Both the position numbers and the translations under genes were made by a program. Below the pieces are notes generated by a model that saw nothing but the letters and a program-made list of their open reading frames with translations, had not been told where the DNA came from and searched no databases. Below, one piece after another: positions 1 through 10,299 of a stretch of DNA of 64,000 bases. This stretch comes from an uncultured Methanosarcinaceae archaeon (GTDB lineage Archaea > Halobacteriota > Methanosarcinia > Methanosarcinales > Methanosarcinaceae): assembly GCA_963847185.1 (NCBI GenBank), contig CAWJYV010000008.1:256001-320000 (forward strand), read 5' to 3'. The first letter of the stretch is position 1; the number at the start of each line of letters is the position of its first letter.

Positions 1-145
1 CACTACCAGAAAAAGTCCGGCTGAATATGCTGCCGAGTTCGAAGAAGAAATTGAAGCCAATAGTTCAATGGACTCCGAAAATAACAGGAAAAGAGGTTCC
101 TTCCCAAATACTTCTGAAACGGTCCAGATCTTTGAAGGCATATAA
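1..145 (+). CDS. 3' end of an unidentified gene truncated by the window edge
   Basis: Open frame from position 2 (TTRKSPAEYAAEFEEEIE...QIFEGI) to TAA at 143-145, followed by a weak hairpin/T-rich tract, convergent with the GTPase. Confidence 0.4.
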   Translation, partial: TTRKSPAEYAAEFEEEIEANSSMDSENNRKRGSFPNTSETVQIFEGI

Positions 146-198
146 ATTAAAAAATCGGGATGTGAAAATTTACTCTCTTTCTCATCCTTATTTTTTCT

Positions 199-1293
199 TT
201 ACTTTTGAATAATAACTGTAAGAATATCTTCATCCTGCATTCTGTGATCGAGACCTACTCGCTGCCCGGGATGTTTAGCTGATGTGCCCCATATCTGAGC
301 ATAGCGGAATTTCCTGCGGAAATCTCTGTGCAGGCGGTCACAGATCTGGCCTATATTGGTCCCGCTCATAACTATGAGTGGCTCTTCCATGTCTGCAGGC
401 TGGCCCTGGGGTTTTAAGTAGACCCGAATGAAGCCCAGCCGGTCATAGATAGCGTCTTTAAGAGTTTCTATATTTATGCCCTGATGAGCTGAAATGAAGA
501 TTGCGTTTGGAAACAATTCCCTGCGTTCCTCAATTAGCTGCGGATAGGCAAGGTCAACCTTATTAATAACTGTAAGGGATCTGACATAACTCCTGTTTTC
601 CAGGACAACGTCAATAAGTTGATCAACTGTGATGTTTTCCCTTATAAGTACGCTGGCATTGTGGATCTTGTATTCATCAAGCACAGCCTTGATGGTTTCC
701 TCGTCCAGATCAAGCTCGACGGTCGAGTTGATATCTACTCCGCCCCTATCCTTTTTCTTAATCACTACATCAGGAGGCTCTTCATCAACGCGGATTCCGG
801 CCTGGTAAAGCTCGTCCATGAGTACATCGTAATGCTTGGGCTGAAAGACATCAAGCAAAAGTATAACCATATCCGAGTTTCGGATAACTGATATGACTTC
901 TTTTCCACGCCCACGTCCTGAAGACGCGCCTTTCACAAGTCCAGGGACGTCAAGGAACTGGATTGTTGCTCCTTTATGCTCCAGCACTCCTGGTACAACT
1001 GTAAGGGTTGTAAACTCATATGCTGCCACTGCAGACTTAGCGCCTGTGATTTTATTCAGAAGCGTGGATTTTCCTACTGATGGAAAACCCACAAGAGTTA
1101 TGGTTCCATCTCCTGATTTTCTGACCGAGTATCCTTCCCCTCCGCCTTTTGAGGAAGCTTTCTTTTCCACTTCATCTCGCAGGCGGGCTATTTTAGCTTT
1201 CAGCCTGCCTATGTGGTGGGAAGTTGCCTTGTTGTACTTGGTCTTTTGGATTTCGTCTTCGATTTCCTGTATTTGCTCCTGTATGCTGCTCAT
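199..1293 (-). CDS. drg: DRG/OBG-family GTPase with C-terminal TGS domain
   Basis: N-terminal NKATSHHIGRLKAK, G1 GFPSVGKS, G2 YEFTT, G3 DVPG, G4 NKVD, TGS tail GQRVGLDH. Confidence 0.95.
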   Translation of the reverse strand: MSSIQEQIQEIEDEIQKTKYNKATSHHIGRLKAKIARLRDEVEKKASSKGGGEGYSVRKSGDGTITLVGFPSVGKSTLLNKITGAKSAVAAYEFTTLTVVPGVLEHKGATIQFLDVPGLVKGASSGRGRGKEVISVIRNSDMVILLLDVFQPKHYDVLMDELYQAGIRVDEEPPDVVIKKKDRGGVDINSTVELDLDEETIKAVLDEYKIHNASVLIRENITVDQLIDVVLENRSYVRSLTVINKVDLAYPQLIEERRELFPNAIFISAHQGINIETLKDAIYDRLGFIRVYLKPQGQPADMEEPLIVMSGTNIGQICDRLHRDFRRKFRYAQIWGTSAKHPGQRVGLDHRMQDEDILTVIIQK

Positions 1294-1533
1294 CTGGAAC
1301 CTGCCGACTTCGGGACTGAAGAAATGATTTTCATATTATTTAGATAAAGAAACCGTATCAATACAGTCTCTACAAACCTTTTTTGATCCAAAACAGATCC
1401 GTCATCTGGATATTTTATCCTGAATAGTTGAATGAAATATATATACCTATGGAATGATTTGCTTGCTGGCCAAAAATAGTAACAACATTCTTGTCCATTT
1501 ATATTTCTTAATAAGTATAATAATATTTAAAGC

Positions 1534-3462
1534 TTATTCAAAAGGAGTTATTTCTCCTGTTCTTTCATAAACATGTATTCCCTGCGGAAGTTTTGAAGCA
1601 AATTCTCTTGAATTAAGAGTTATCATGAACCTCTTAATCTCAGGATTTTCAAGTAACTCTTTTCTTATCAGGAAATCATATTCCTCTTCTGCAAATTTCA
1701 TGAATTTAAGTTTGTTCTTTTCGGCGTAGTTTCTTTTGCCAACTCCTGCATCTGCCTTACCTGAGAGGACGGCTTCACAGATTGCGACCTCTGATTTTGC
1801 TCCAGAAGAGTATCCGGAGATAGAGGCGGTAAACTCTTTTTTGCTGACCCCCTTCTCGTCTGCAAGCTCTGCAATCTTAAGCTCAAGGAGAGCTCTTGTG
1901 CCTGAGCCCATGTTCCGGTTAATCAGGCGTTTTCCGGGCAGGTCCGAAAGGGCCGAGATAGTACTTTCCTGCCTGACAATGAGGCCTACATCCCTCCTGT
2001 ACCCTTTGACAAGTACAACATCAGAAAGTCCCATAGTCTTAATTGTAGGAATATTGTACAGGATTCCTGCTTGCTCTTTAGAAAATCTAAAGGGCATATT
2101 CACGCCTGCAATATCTGCTGTTTTTGCGGCAACTGCACTGAAACCTCCACTTGAGCCGGTATAAAGCGTCCTGATACGAAGCCTGCTCAGGTCTTCGAGA
2201 ACATCAATACCAGGGCAGAAGCCACCTGCAATTAAAAGATCTGGTTTTTCAACATCTCCGAAGAGGGTCACTTCTACTGCTGTTCCTGCCTCAATAAATT
2301 CTACCCTTGACGGAACCTCGATAAAACCATCTGCCCCGGAAAGGGACGTTATCGCACCTGATCCTCTGTCAGCAGGGTACACTTTTCCCCGTATCAGGCC
2401 GACTGGAATGAGTTGCTGTCTTCCTTCTGAACGGAGGTCAGTACCCATTATACCTGTTTCTACTTTTTTGAGCTCTATCTCGGCTCCAAGGGCTTTTCTG
2501 ACAAGTGGGGCTACGAACTCATTAAAAATCATTAACGCGGATGTTGGATTCCCAGGCAGCCCTATAATAGGGACACCTTTTATTATTCCAATTACTACAG
2601 GTTTTCCCGGTTTTATGCTGATTCCATGAGCAAGGGTTTCTCCGATCTCGTCTATGAGTCGGTACATAATATCCCCTGCTCCTGATGAAGTACTTCCTGA
2701 GGTAAGGATCAGAGCACATTCCGAAGCCGCAGTTTCAAGTACCTGTCTCATATCGGTTTCATTATCCTTTAAGATCCCGTAAAGTAGAGGGAAAGCTCCG
2801 CATTCCTTTACGCCTGCGTATAATGTGTATGAATTTGCATCATATACCTGTCCCCAACCCAGATTTTCTCCTGGACGTACAAGCTCGTCTCCCGTTGAGA
2901 TTATCCCTACCTGTAGCTTGAGGACTGAGACCTCTCTTTTTCCAACCGATGCGAGGACTCCGATTTCCCTGGTTCCGAGTTTCCTCCCTCTCCTGAGTAC
3001 ACGTTCTCCTTTAAGGATATCAGAGCCTGCTTTCATGATGTTTTCCCCAATAGTTACAGGTCTGTAGATAAGAACGGTACCTTCTTCTTCCGAGCTGTCT
3101 TCAACCATGACTACAGAATTAGCTCCTTCAGGTATTGGTGACCCGGTCGCTATTTCAACGGCTTCTCCCCCGGAAACCGTAATTCTTTTCTTCGAACCTG
3201 CCGGAATATTTCCCATTATTTTAAGCTTTACAGGTTCGGATTCATTACAGTCGTACGTGTCTTCTGCCCTTACTGCATACCCGTCCATTGTTGATCTTGG
3301 AAAGGGAGGGACGTTAATTTCGGTAACAAGGTCCTCTGCAAGAATTTTACCGTGGGCGTTCTCGAGAGCTGCCTCTTCTTTTACGGGAAGAACCTGCAGG
3401 CTGTTTATTATTTTTCGTGCCTCTTCTACAGAGATAAGTTGCCGAAATTCTTTGCGCTTCAT
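1534..3462 (-). CDS. moeA: Molybdopterin molybdenumtransferase MoeA fused to a C-terminal PBP (substrate-binding-like) domain
   Basis: PPFPRSTMDGYAV, IATG, STGDEL, KPGKP, GLPGNP motifs; C-terminal INRNMGSGTR and EEYDF typical of the PBP domain. Confidence 0.92.
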   Translation of the reverse strand: MKRKEFRQLISVEEARKIINSLQVLPVKEEAALENAHGKILAEDLVTEINVPPFPRSTMDGYAVRAEDTYDCNESEPVKLKIMGNIPAGSKKRITVSGGEAVEIATGSPIPEGANSVVMVEDSSEEEGTVLIYRPVTIGENIMKAGSDILKGERVLRRGRKLGTREIGVLASVGKREVSVLKLQVGIISTGDELVRPGENLGWGQVYDANSYTLYAGVKECGAFPLLYGILKDNETDMRQVLETAASECALILTSGSTSSGAGDIMYRLIDEIGETLAHGISIKPGKPVVIGIIKGVPIIGLPGNPTSALMIFNEFVAPLVRKALGAEIELKKVETGIMGTDLRSEGRQQLIPVGLIRGKVYPADRGSGAITSLSGADGFIEVPSRVEFIEAGTAVEVTLFGDVEKPDLLIAGGFCPGIDVLEDLSRLRIRTLYTGSSGGFSAVAAKTADIAGVNMPFRFSKEQAGILYNIPTIKTMGLSDVVLVKGYRRDVGLIVRQESTISALSDLPGKRLINRNMGSGTRALLELKIAELADEKGVSKKEFTASISGYSSGAKSEVAICEAVLSGKADAGVGKRNYAEKNKLKFMKFAEEEYDFLIRKELLENPEIKRFMITLNSREFASKLPQGIHVYERTGEITPFE

Positions 3463-3794
3463 AGTATCGAGTCCAAATTTCGGTTTTCTGATGGATTTTT
3501 TACTTTAATAGCATTTCCCGTCCCGTTTTATACTTACTTTTCCTTTGCGGGAAAATAATAATAACAGTTTGGGTGAAAAAAGCCTCAGTTCAGAGAAGGG
3601 CCTGTATAAAGAGTTTGGATATATCTGCAGAAACAAAGCAAAACAGAATATATTTTTGCTTACGAGTGCAGGATAAACCCGGTAAAAAGATTGAAGCGGT
3701 TCTTTAAAGAAAGGTTCTTTCTTGAGATTGATCAAAAAAGAGTCAGGGCGGGAAATCCCGCTCGAATTTGTTTTTATTCTTCAGGATTGCCCTT

Positions 3795-4673
3795 TTACTT
3801 GTAAATGGGAGTGCCTGTGCTCTGAGTTATTCTCTCAAAGGCTTCAACCATTTTCATTGTCAGGGGCCCGGGTTTGCCTGTACCTATGATTCTTCCGTCA
3901 AGTCTGGTCACGGGAGCAGATTCGGCTGCGGTACCTGTAACAAAGATTTCATCTGCCGTGTAAAGGTCAAAAAGGCCGAGATTTCCCTCGATGGTCTTAT
4001 ACCCCATTTCATCCAGAAGTTCGATGGCAGTAGCTCTGGTAATTCCTTTTAAGTTGCTTATTGTATAGGGGGTCAGGACATGATTGTTCTTGACTATGAA
4101 TATATTATCTCCGGAACCCTCACAGACGAAACCGTTTTGATCCAGGAAGATGGCTTCATCTCCTCCTTTTTCATTGGCTTCGATCTTTGCCAGAATATTG
4201 TTAAGATAGTTTAGAGATTTGATATTTGGGGATAGGGCGTCAGGTGCATTTCTCCGGATACAGACGCTGACTCCCGTGAGCCCTACTTCATAGAGGTTGC
4301 CGTACATGGCTCCCCAGCCCTGGGCTATAACAATAACGCTTGGCTTCTCACACTTGCGAGGGTCAAGCCCGAGATCTCCGACTCCTCTTGATACAATTGG
4401 GCGAATATAAGCGTCTTTAAGATTGTTTTTCCTGAGGGTTTCAAGGATTATCTCAGTCAGCTCTTCTTTTGTAACAGGGATATCCATTGCAATTGCCTTT
4501 GCTGAGTCGTAGAGCCTGTCAACATGCTCTTTTAACTTAAAGACACGCCCATTGTATGCCCTTATACCTTCAAACACACCATCGCCGTAGAGGAAACCAT
4601 GGTCATAGACCGAAACCTTGGCTTCGTCTTTGGGAACAAATTTCCCATCTAAGTAAATCAGTAACTCACTCAT
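3795..4673 (-). CDS. ilvE: Branched-chain amino acid aminotransferase (PLP fold IV)
   Basis: [39 protein letters not shown]. Confidence 0.95.
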   Translation of the reverse strand: MSELLIYLDGKFVPKDEAKVSVYDHGFLYGDGVFEGIRAYNGRVFKLKEHVDRLYDSAKAIAMDIPVTKEELTEIILETLRKNNLKDAYIRPIVSRGVGDLGLDPRKCEKPSVIVIAQGWGAMYGNLYEVGLTGVSVCIRRNAPDALSPNIKSLNYLNNILAKIEANEKGGDEAIFLDQNGFVCEGSGDNIFIVKNNHVLTPYTISNLKGITRATAIELLDEMGYKTIEGNLGLFDLYTADEIFVTGTAAESAPVTRLDGRIIGTGKPGPLTMKMVEAFERITQSTGTPIYK

Positions 4674-5020
4674 TTGCGAACAATCCTCTGAAATCTTCTA
4701 TCTTGTACAATTCTCTGTCTTATATTTTCAATTCTAATACATCTTTAATGTACAAGTCTTAATGGACCATTTACTTTTTTTCATTCATTGACAGTATGTA
4801 AGCTCTTTGCAGGGTTCTTAAAGGAACTCAAAGCTTCAGGGACGTTTTTATACTGGCAAATTTTTGTGTACAAAGCTGATATGGGGGAAGATACTGAATA
4901 TATATTACAATTCCGCTTCTAAATAAATATTTTTATATTTATCTATCCAATTTACTATCCATGCAAAAAGCTTTTATCTTAGAAGGCTCATTTCGTATTC
5001 CGCAGTATGAAAGGCAAATT

Positions 5021-5095
5021 GGGCTCGTGGCTTAGCCAGGATATAGCGCTGGGCTTCTAACCCAGACGTCGGGGGTTCAAATCCCTTCGAGCCCG
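5021..5095 (+). tRNA. tRNA-Arg(UCU)
   Basis: Acceptor GGGCTCG/CGAGCCC, anticodon arm CTGGG-CT TCT AA-CCCAG, T arm GGGGG-TTCAAAT-CCCTT; no intron, no encoded CCA. Confidence 0.96.
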
Positions 5096-5366
5096 CTCAA
5101 TTCCTTTCGCATTTTTAATTAGCTTCGAATGAAACTTTTCGTCCTTTTCTGGAATTTTCACCTTATGTAGTTTCTATAGGATTTCAAAAAAGAGTAAAGA
5201 TAGCTTTTAGGAAAAACATCTGAGATAAATTTTTGATCCTAATGTAATCCCCTGATTAATCTTTCAGTGATTAAGAAAAGATATAAGCCAGTTAAAGGCA
5301 AAGTTAAGCTTTTAGCTGACTTTGATAAGTCTTCTAATTTACTTCTTTTCATGCATACTCAAGAGC

Positions 5367-6089
5367 TTACTTCCGGACATTACTGCTACGGGTGACGGAC
5401 ATCATTTCAGCACTTTCTTCTGAGGGCATAATTACGGCCAGGATGATATATATTACCAGTCCAATCCCGTTGAAGAGAGCAAGAATAATAAAAGCGAGCC
5501 TCACAAGAGTCGGGTCAATTCCAAAATACTCTGCCAACCCGCCGCAGACTCCAAATATCTTGCGTTCAGTCTTGCTCCTGGTAAGACGTTTCTGCATGGT
5601 GTAAATAGTACTTTTTTCTTCTCTGGTTTCTTCCTTTGCCTTTTTTCCGGTTTCCTCTTTTGTTTCTGTTTTGAACTCTCCACTAGACTTTTTTTCTTCT
5701 ATGTCTTTCTCAGGTTTTGTCCATGATTTCTCTGTATAGCCAGTCTCAAGTTCTCCAGTTGCCTTGAATTCGCATTCTGGTACTTCTTTTCTTTGGGATG
5801 GGATGCCTCTGATAGATTCTTTTTCTTCCATATCTCTTTCAGGCTTTGCCCATGATTCCTGTGTATAGCCAGTTTCAGCCCCTGAAGATTTAAAATCACT
5901 CTCTTTCGGTTCCTTTCTTTCCAGGGAGGCATCCTCAGTTTTAAATTCCCCCCCGGTTTCTTTTTGCTTCATGTTTTTCTCAGGTTTTGTTCCTGATTCC
6001 CCTGTAAGACTTTCTTTAGCCACTCCCGGAACTTCAAATAAAACTTTTTTAGTTTCCTTTTTTTCCTGAGATTCGGTATTTTCCTGCAT
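5367..6089 (-). CDS. PspC-domain membrane protein with long charged, internally repeated N-terminal extension
   Basis: C-terminal RLTRSKTERKIFGVCGGLAEYFGIDPTLVR plus TM helix is the PspC signature; repeats ETGYT(Q/E)xSWxKPExDxEEK in the N-terminal part. Confidence 0.85.
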   Translation of the reverse strand: MQENTESQEKKETKKVLFEVPGVAKESLTGESGTKPEKNMKQKETGGEFKTEDASLERKEPKESDFKSSGAETGYTQESWAKPERDMEEKESIRGIPSQRKEVPECEFKATGELETGYTEKSWTKPEKDIEEKKSSGEFKTETKEETGKKAKEETREEKSTIYTMQKRLTRSKTERKIFGVCGGLAEYFGIDPTLVRLAFIILALFNGIGLVIYIILAVIMPSEESAEMMSVTRSSNVRK

Positions 6090-6182
6090 ACTGATTATTC
6101 TATTTATGGGGATTTATATTATTATGGTACTCCTTCGATCTTCCTTAGCGTCATTTCTTACCATTCTTCTTTAACTTCCAAT

Positions 6183-6545
6183 TTAGTGGCGGTCGGAGCA
6201 ATTACATTCTTTTTCCCTGTAGAAGATTCCATAAAGCATCAGAGGGAGGAATAAGGCTGCCAGTCCACTCTCAGGTTTTGGGAAGCATTTTTTTGCTGTC
6301 CTTATACTTGCAGTTGCGCTTATTCCAAGTTTCAGGTAGACCCAGTCCAGCAGGAATCCTGCTCCCAGAGCGCAGAGATAAATCACACCTGCATAAAGAA
6401 CTGCGGAGCGCTTTCCCGGAAAACGGGCAACCATTGTTAGGGTTGCTGCATTGGTTGCAGGACCTGCAAGAAGAAAAACGAAGGCTGTTCCCGGACTCAT
6501 CTCCTTGGCTACCAAACTTGCGGCAAGAGGAGTCGAGGCTGTAGT
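6183..6545 (-). pseudogene. C-terminal remnant of an ArsP/DUF318-type heavy-metal permease
   Basis: TASTPLAASLVAKEMSPGTAFVFLLAGPATN is the conserved C-terminal motif of this family; the N-terminal part is missing and the tail looks frameshifted. Confidence 0.75.
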
Positions 6546-6864
6546 TCCAGGCACATCTCAATCAGTATGATGATATGTTCATCAGCAATATAATAAACCG
6601 TAAACTTTCCCTCTCGTCTGACCCGTACTAAGTCAAGCTGCCGAATAGTTCGAAGACTATGAGATATGACTGCGTAACATCCAGGGCCTTCAAGTTCGCA
6701 GACACATATCCCTTTCTGTCTTATCAAAAAAGAATTTTCAGGCGAATATCTTACCGAAGCGCCTGAAAAACTGCAGGTATCTTTGTGATTCTCTCGATAT
6801 CAGGGACCTTTTTTAACGTGTCCCCTAGCTACTTTATATCCACTCTTTCACATTTATCTTATAT
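6546..6864 (-). pseudogene. ArsR/SmtB-family repressor pseudogene
   Basis: CVCEL...ISHSLRTIRQLDLVRVRREGKFTVYYIADEH HTH; upstream part reads I*DKCERVDIK*LGDTLKKVPDIERITKIPAVFQALR*DIRLKILF, with in-frame stops and a frameshift. Confidence 0.8.
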
Positions 6865-6871
6865 GGACGTG

Positions 6872-6885
6872 TGAACAGCTGTTCA
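6872..6885. promoter_or_regulatory. ArsR/SmtB-type operator
   Basis: Perfect palindrome TGAACA-GC-TGTTCA just upstream of the arsR remnant; matches the 6-2-6 SmtB-type core. Confidence 0.75.
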
Positions 6886-6966
6886 TATTGATTTCTTTTT
6901 AAATACTGATGTAATTGCTGATCTTTCAGTCCCGGGTTATATCTAAAATCTGTCCATGCTCGGTTT

Positions 6967-7740
6967 TCAGAGACTCAGGACAAAAATAAAAATTATTGTC
7001 AGGATCAAAAAAGCTATCCAATCCCTTTTCTGCACTGAAAGTTCATATATTGAGGTCCGGCATTTTCCCTGATAAGCTCTGCTTTCCATTGCAAGTGCCA
7101 GTTCTCCTGCATCCCTGATAATTCCCCTTAACAGCGGGATTGTAAGGGCAGGAATCGAATGAAATGGATTTTTAGTAAAATCCATCCCTCTTGCAACCTG
7201 GGCGGATTTTGTCCTATCAATTCTTTCAAAAAGAAGGGGAAGAAAAGCTATTGAAATATTCATCATTGTAGCAAGCTCAAAGGAGCTGATTCCCAGCCAG
7301 CGGAGTGGCAAAGGTCGAAGCATTTTTTCTACTCCACAGGTAATTGCAGAAGGGTCGGTAGTGGCTGTAAGGAGGGATGCAAACAGAAGGAGAAGTACGA
7401 ATCGGGCAGCAAGCTGAAGTCCTTTCTCAAACCCTTCCAAACTCGGCTTCAGGATCCAGAGGGAATCAATAGCTCTTCCTTCTGTGAAAAATAGCTGTGT
7501 AAGAAATATAAATAATATGAAAAGTAGCATGGGCCTGACTGTTCCGAAAAGTAATCTCATCGGCAGTCTTGAGAGCAAGGCGAGAGCAAAGAAAAGCACG
7601 AAGAGAGCTACTATCTCTTCAAAGCTCTCAATCCTGAGCACCAGAATACCAAGTAGCATTACTGCTGCAATTTTTGTCCTGGGGTCAAGCTTGTGGAGGA
7701 CTGAAACTCCAGGCACGTAACTGAAGACCGGCTCTTGCAT
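6967..7740 (-). CDS. ecfT: ECF transporter transmembrane T component
   Basis: LHKLDPRTKI, AQVARG and AMESRAY coupling motifs; multiple TM helices. Confidence 0.9.
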   Translation of the reverse strand: MQEPVFSYVPGVSVLHKLDPRTKIAAVMLLGILVLRIESFEEIVALFVLFFALALLSRLPMRLLFGTVRPMLLFILFIFLTQLFFTEGRAIDSLWILKPSLEGFEKGLQLAARFVLLLLFASLLTATTDPSAITCGVEKMLRPLPLRWLGISSFELATMMNISIAFLPLLFERIDRTKSAQVARGMDFTKNPFHSIPALTIPLLRGIIRDAGELALAMESRAYQGKCRTSIYELSVQKRDWIAFLILTIIFIFVLSL

Positions 7741-7746
7741 TTTCTC

Positions 7747-8589
7747 TCACCCTTTATTTTCAATATTTTCTTTCTCAGTCACTGCTTTTACTTTCAATAT
7801 CTCTTCAAGAGCGCCTTCAACCGTAAATACTGCAGGGTTAACAGGCAAGCCTCTTGCTTTAAGTTCTTTCATCAAGGAGGCTATCGGAGGAAGAGGAGTG
7901 CACCCAGCCTTAAGATAATCTTCTCTGCTTCCCTGAAATGCTATTCTGCCTTCCCTGATGAGAACTATTCTCTCCAGTAGTGGGAAAAACCCTTTAAGGT
8001 TGTGAGTTACTGCTATAACTGCAGTCCCTCTATCCCTTACTTTTTTAAAAGCATCGAGAATTTCCTTTTTCCCACCCGGGTCAAGCCCTGTTATGGGTTC
8101 GTCCAGTATCAGATAATCCGGCCTCAGGGCAAGAGCACTTGCAAGGGCAACCCTTTGCATCTCTCCTCCGCTCAGGCTGAAGGGGTCTCGAGAAAGCATG
8201 GAGTGGTCAAGAGAAACAGCTTCAATAGCCTCAACCACTCTTTCTTTTGTCTCTTCTTTTGAGTAACCGAAATTTAAAGGTCCGAAGGCTATCTCGTCAT
8301 AGACAGTCCTGCAAAAAAGCTGGTCTGAAGCCTGTTGAAAAACCATTCCTATCCTGCGTTTTACCTCTCTTGAGGACGGATCAAGCCCGTCCACGCGAAC
8401 AGTTCCAGTCTCAGGGTGTAGTAGCCCATTAAAAAGCTTTAAAAGAGTTGATTTGCCTGCACCCTTTTCTCCCAGTATTCCCACAAATTCTCCTTTCCCT
8501 ATCTGAAGGTTAATGTTTCTCAAAGCGCAAGTTTCGAGAGGAGTGTTTCTGGAGTATGAGAAACTTACGTTTTCAAGAATAATTGGCAT
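7747..8589 (-). CDS. ecfA2: ECF transporter ATPase
   Basis: Walker A GEKGAGKS, LSGGE, Walker B ILDEP. Confidence 0.9.
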   Translation of the reverse strand: MPIILENVSFSYSRNTPLETCALRNINLQIGKGEFVGILGEKGAGKSTLLKLFNGLLHPETGTVRVDGLDPSSREVKRRIGMVFQQASDQLFCRTVYDEIAFGPLNFGYSKEETKERVVEAIEAVSLDHSMLSRDPFSLSGGEMQRVALASALALRPDYLILDEPITGLDPGGKKEILDAFKKVRDRGTAVIAVTHNLKGFFPLLERIVLIREGRIAFQGSREDYLKAGCTPLPPIASLMKELKARGLPVNPAVFTVEGALEEILKVKAVTEKENIENKG

Positions 8590-9389
8590 ATCTCCTCCGC
8601 AAAGCTTTCAGGGGAAGAAGCTTTTTCCCAGGGAATTGTGATCCCGTGAGCCTTCAAATTTGCTGCCAGCTCAAAAAGGGAAGGCAGGGGAAGTCTCAGG
8701 CTTTGGAGGGAAGAGTCCGAAAAAACGCTCTCAGGATCTCCTTCAAGTATTATCCTTCCTTTTTCTATGACAATGATCCTGTCTGCAGCATGAAGTTCTT
8801 CGAGGTTATGGGTTATATATACAATGGTTTTTCCTTTTTCATGCAGTTTTTTTATGCGTTCGAGCACAGCTTTACTTGAATCAGGGTCAAGCATGGAAGT
8901 TACTTCATCAAAAACGAGACACTCGGATTTCATAGCAAGAACTCCAGCCAGGGCCACACATTGCCTCTGCCCCCCACTCAGGGTTTTTGGAGAATGATAT
9001 TTATATTTTTCAAGCCCTGTTTCGGCAAGAATCATATCCACATATTTTCGGATTTCTGCCGGAGGAAAACAGAGATTTTCGGGGCCGAAAGCCAGATCTT
9101 CTTCGACTGTTCTTCCAACAAACTGAGTTTCAGGGTTCTGGAATACAATACCTATAAATTTCCTTATACTTTGAAGATTTTCAGGGTCACGGGTATCCAT
9201 GCCTCTTATCACTACCCTGCCTGTCTGGGGTCTCAGGATCCCGTTTAGGTGAAGGGCAAGTGTGGACTTGCCACTTCCGTTTTTACCAATTATCCCTAAG
9301 AACTCTCCTTTTTTTATTGCCAAATTTATGTTCTCAAGAGCAGAAGCCCCATTAGGATAACTGTAACTAACTTTTTCGAGCCTGATCAT
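8565..9389 (-). CDS. ecfA1: ECF transporter ATPase
   Basis: GKNGSGKS, VFQNPETQF, LSGGQ, VFDEVTSMLD. Confidence 0.9.
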   Translation of the reverse strand: MIRLEKVSYSYPNGASALENINLAIKKGEFLGIIGKNGSGKSTLALHLNGILRPQTGRVVIRGMDTRDPENLQSIRKFIGIVFQNPETQFVGRTVEEDLAFGPENLCFPPAEIRKYVDMILAETGLEKYKYHSPKTLSGGQRQCVALAGVLAMKSECLVFDEVTSMLDPDSSKAVLERIKKLHEKGKTIVYITHNLEELHAADRIIVIEKGRIILEGDPESVFSDSSLQSLRLPLPSLFELAANLKAHGITIPWEKASSPESFAEEICQLFLKT

Positions 9390-9468
9390 ACTTACTCAAA
9401 TTTTCATTTCTAGCTTTTTATTCTCCGAAATATCCCAGTCTTCGAAATAAAAACTGCGATTAAGGAGT

Positions 9469-10032
9469 TTAGAGTTCATGAGTTGAAGCAATGTATGCAG
9501 CAACTGCGGTTTTAACTATTTCTCCCGGCAAAAAAGGTATAGCTCCGAGGGTAAGAGCTGTTGCTGGTCCAATATCAGCAACCATCATAAGCTGAAAAAC
9601 TCCACATACATAAATAACCAGGACTCCTATACTCATGTTAAACGCATTAATGAGAAGTCTGGATCCGGTAGTATTCTCAGTTCTTTCTGAAAGCTTTCCT
9701 ATAATATAAGCAGCCAGAATGAAACCGACTATATAACCTCCTGTGGGTCCAAGAAGCACACCCAATCCCGAGCTTCCTCCTGAAAATACTGGAAGGCCTG
9801 CAATTCCCAGAAGGGTATAAACTATCATACTCAAGCTTCCCCATTTGCTTTTCAACATACTGCCCGCAAGCAAAACAAAGAAAACCTGCAGTGTAATAGG
9901 GACAGGTGAGAATGGAATCGGAATCTGTATGTAAGCGCCTGCAGCAGTCAATGATGCAAAAAGAGACGCAAAAACCATCATCCGGATTTCTGGCGTATGG
10001 GATGAGTAGGTATGGCTGTTTTTTATATTCAT
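9469..10032 (-). CDS. bioY: Biotin ECF substrate-specific component BioY
   Basis: PVPITLQ, GLPVFSGG, GPTGGYIVGF motifs; first gene of the ECF operon. Confidence 0.93.
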   Translation of the reverse strand: MNIKNSHTYSSHTPEIRMMVFASLFASLTAAGAYIQIPIPFSPVPITLQVFFVLLAGSMLKSKWGSLSMIVYTLLGIAGLPVFSGGSSGLGVLLGPTGGYIVGFILAAYIIGKLSERTENTTGSRLLINAFNMSIGVLVIYVCGVFQLMMVADIGPATALTLGAIPFLPGEIVKTAVAAYIASTHEL

Positions 10033-10269
10033 ACTTTTTTCCCCTTCTTTTTTTATTTTTTACCTTTTTATTCTCTTTTTTCGCTTTTTAATCCTTTAAA
10101 TCTCTTGTAGACTCAAAAATAGGCTGACTAATGATCCTTTAATAGTAGCAAAGAATGTAATGAGAAACTGAAACTGATACGCAGCAAATTCATCAGTCTC
10201 ATAGCGGTAAACCTATTATTGTTAACCTGCCCCATGTGGGATAAATGACTAATGAAGATGTACCCTTAT

Positions 10270-10299
10270 TGTTAACCAATGTATTGGCAATGGTTTACA
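10270..10299 (-). promoter_or_regulatory. BirA-type biotin operator overlapping the predicted bioY transcription start
   Basis: TGTTAACC-N14-GGTTTACA, the known BirA signal geometry; minus-strand BRE/TATA (GAAAG-TTTTAAAT) immediately upstream at ~10304-10316. Confidence 0.8.

Noticed and set aside
1534-3462. MoeA-PBP fusion as a novelty
   Set aside because: A common, described architecture in archaea and anaerobic bacteria
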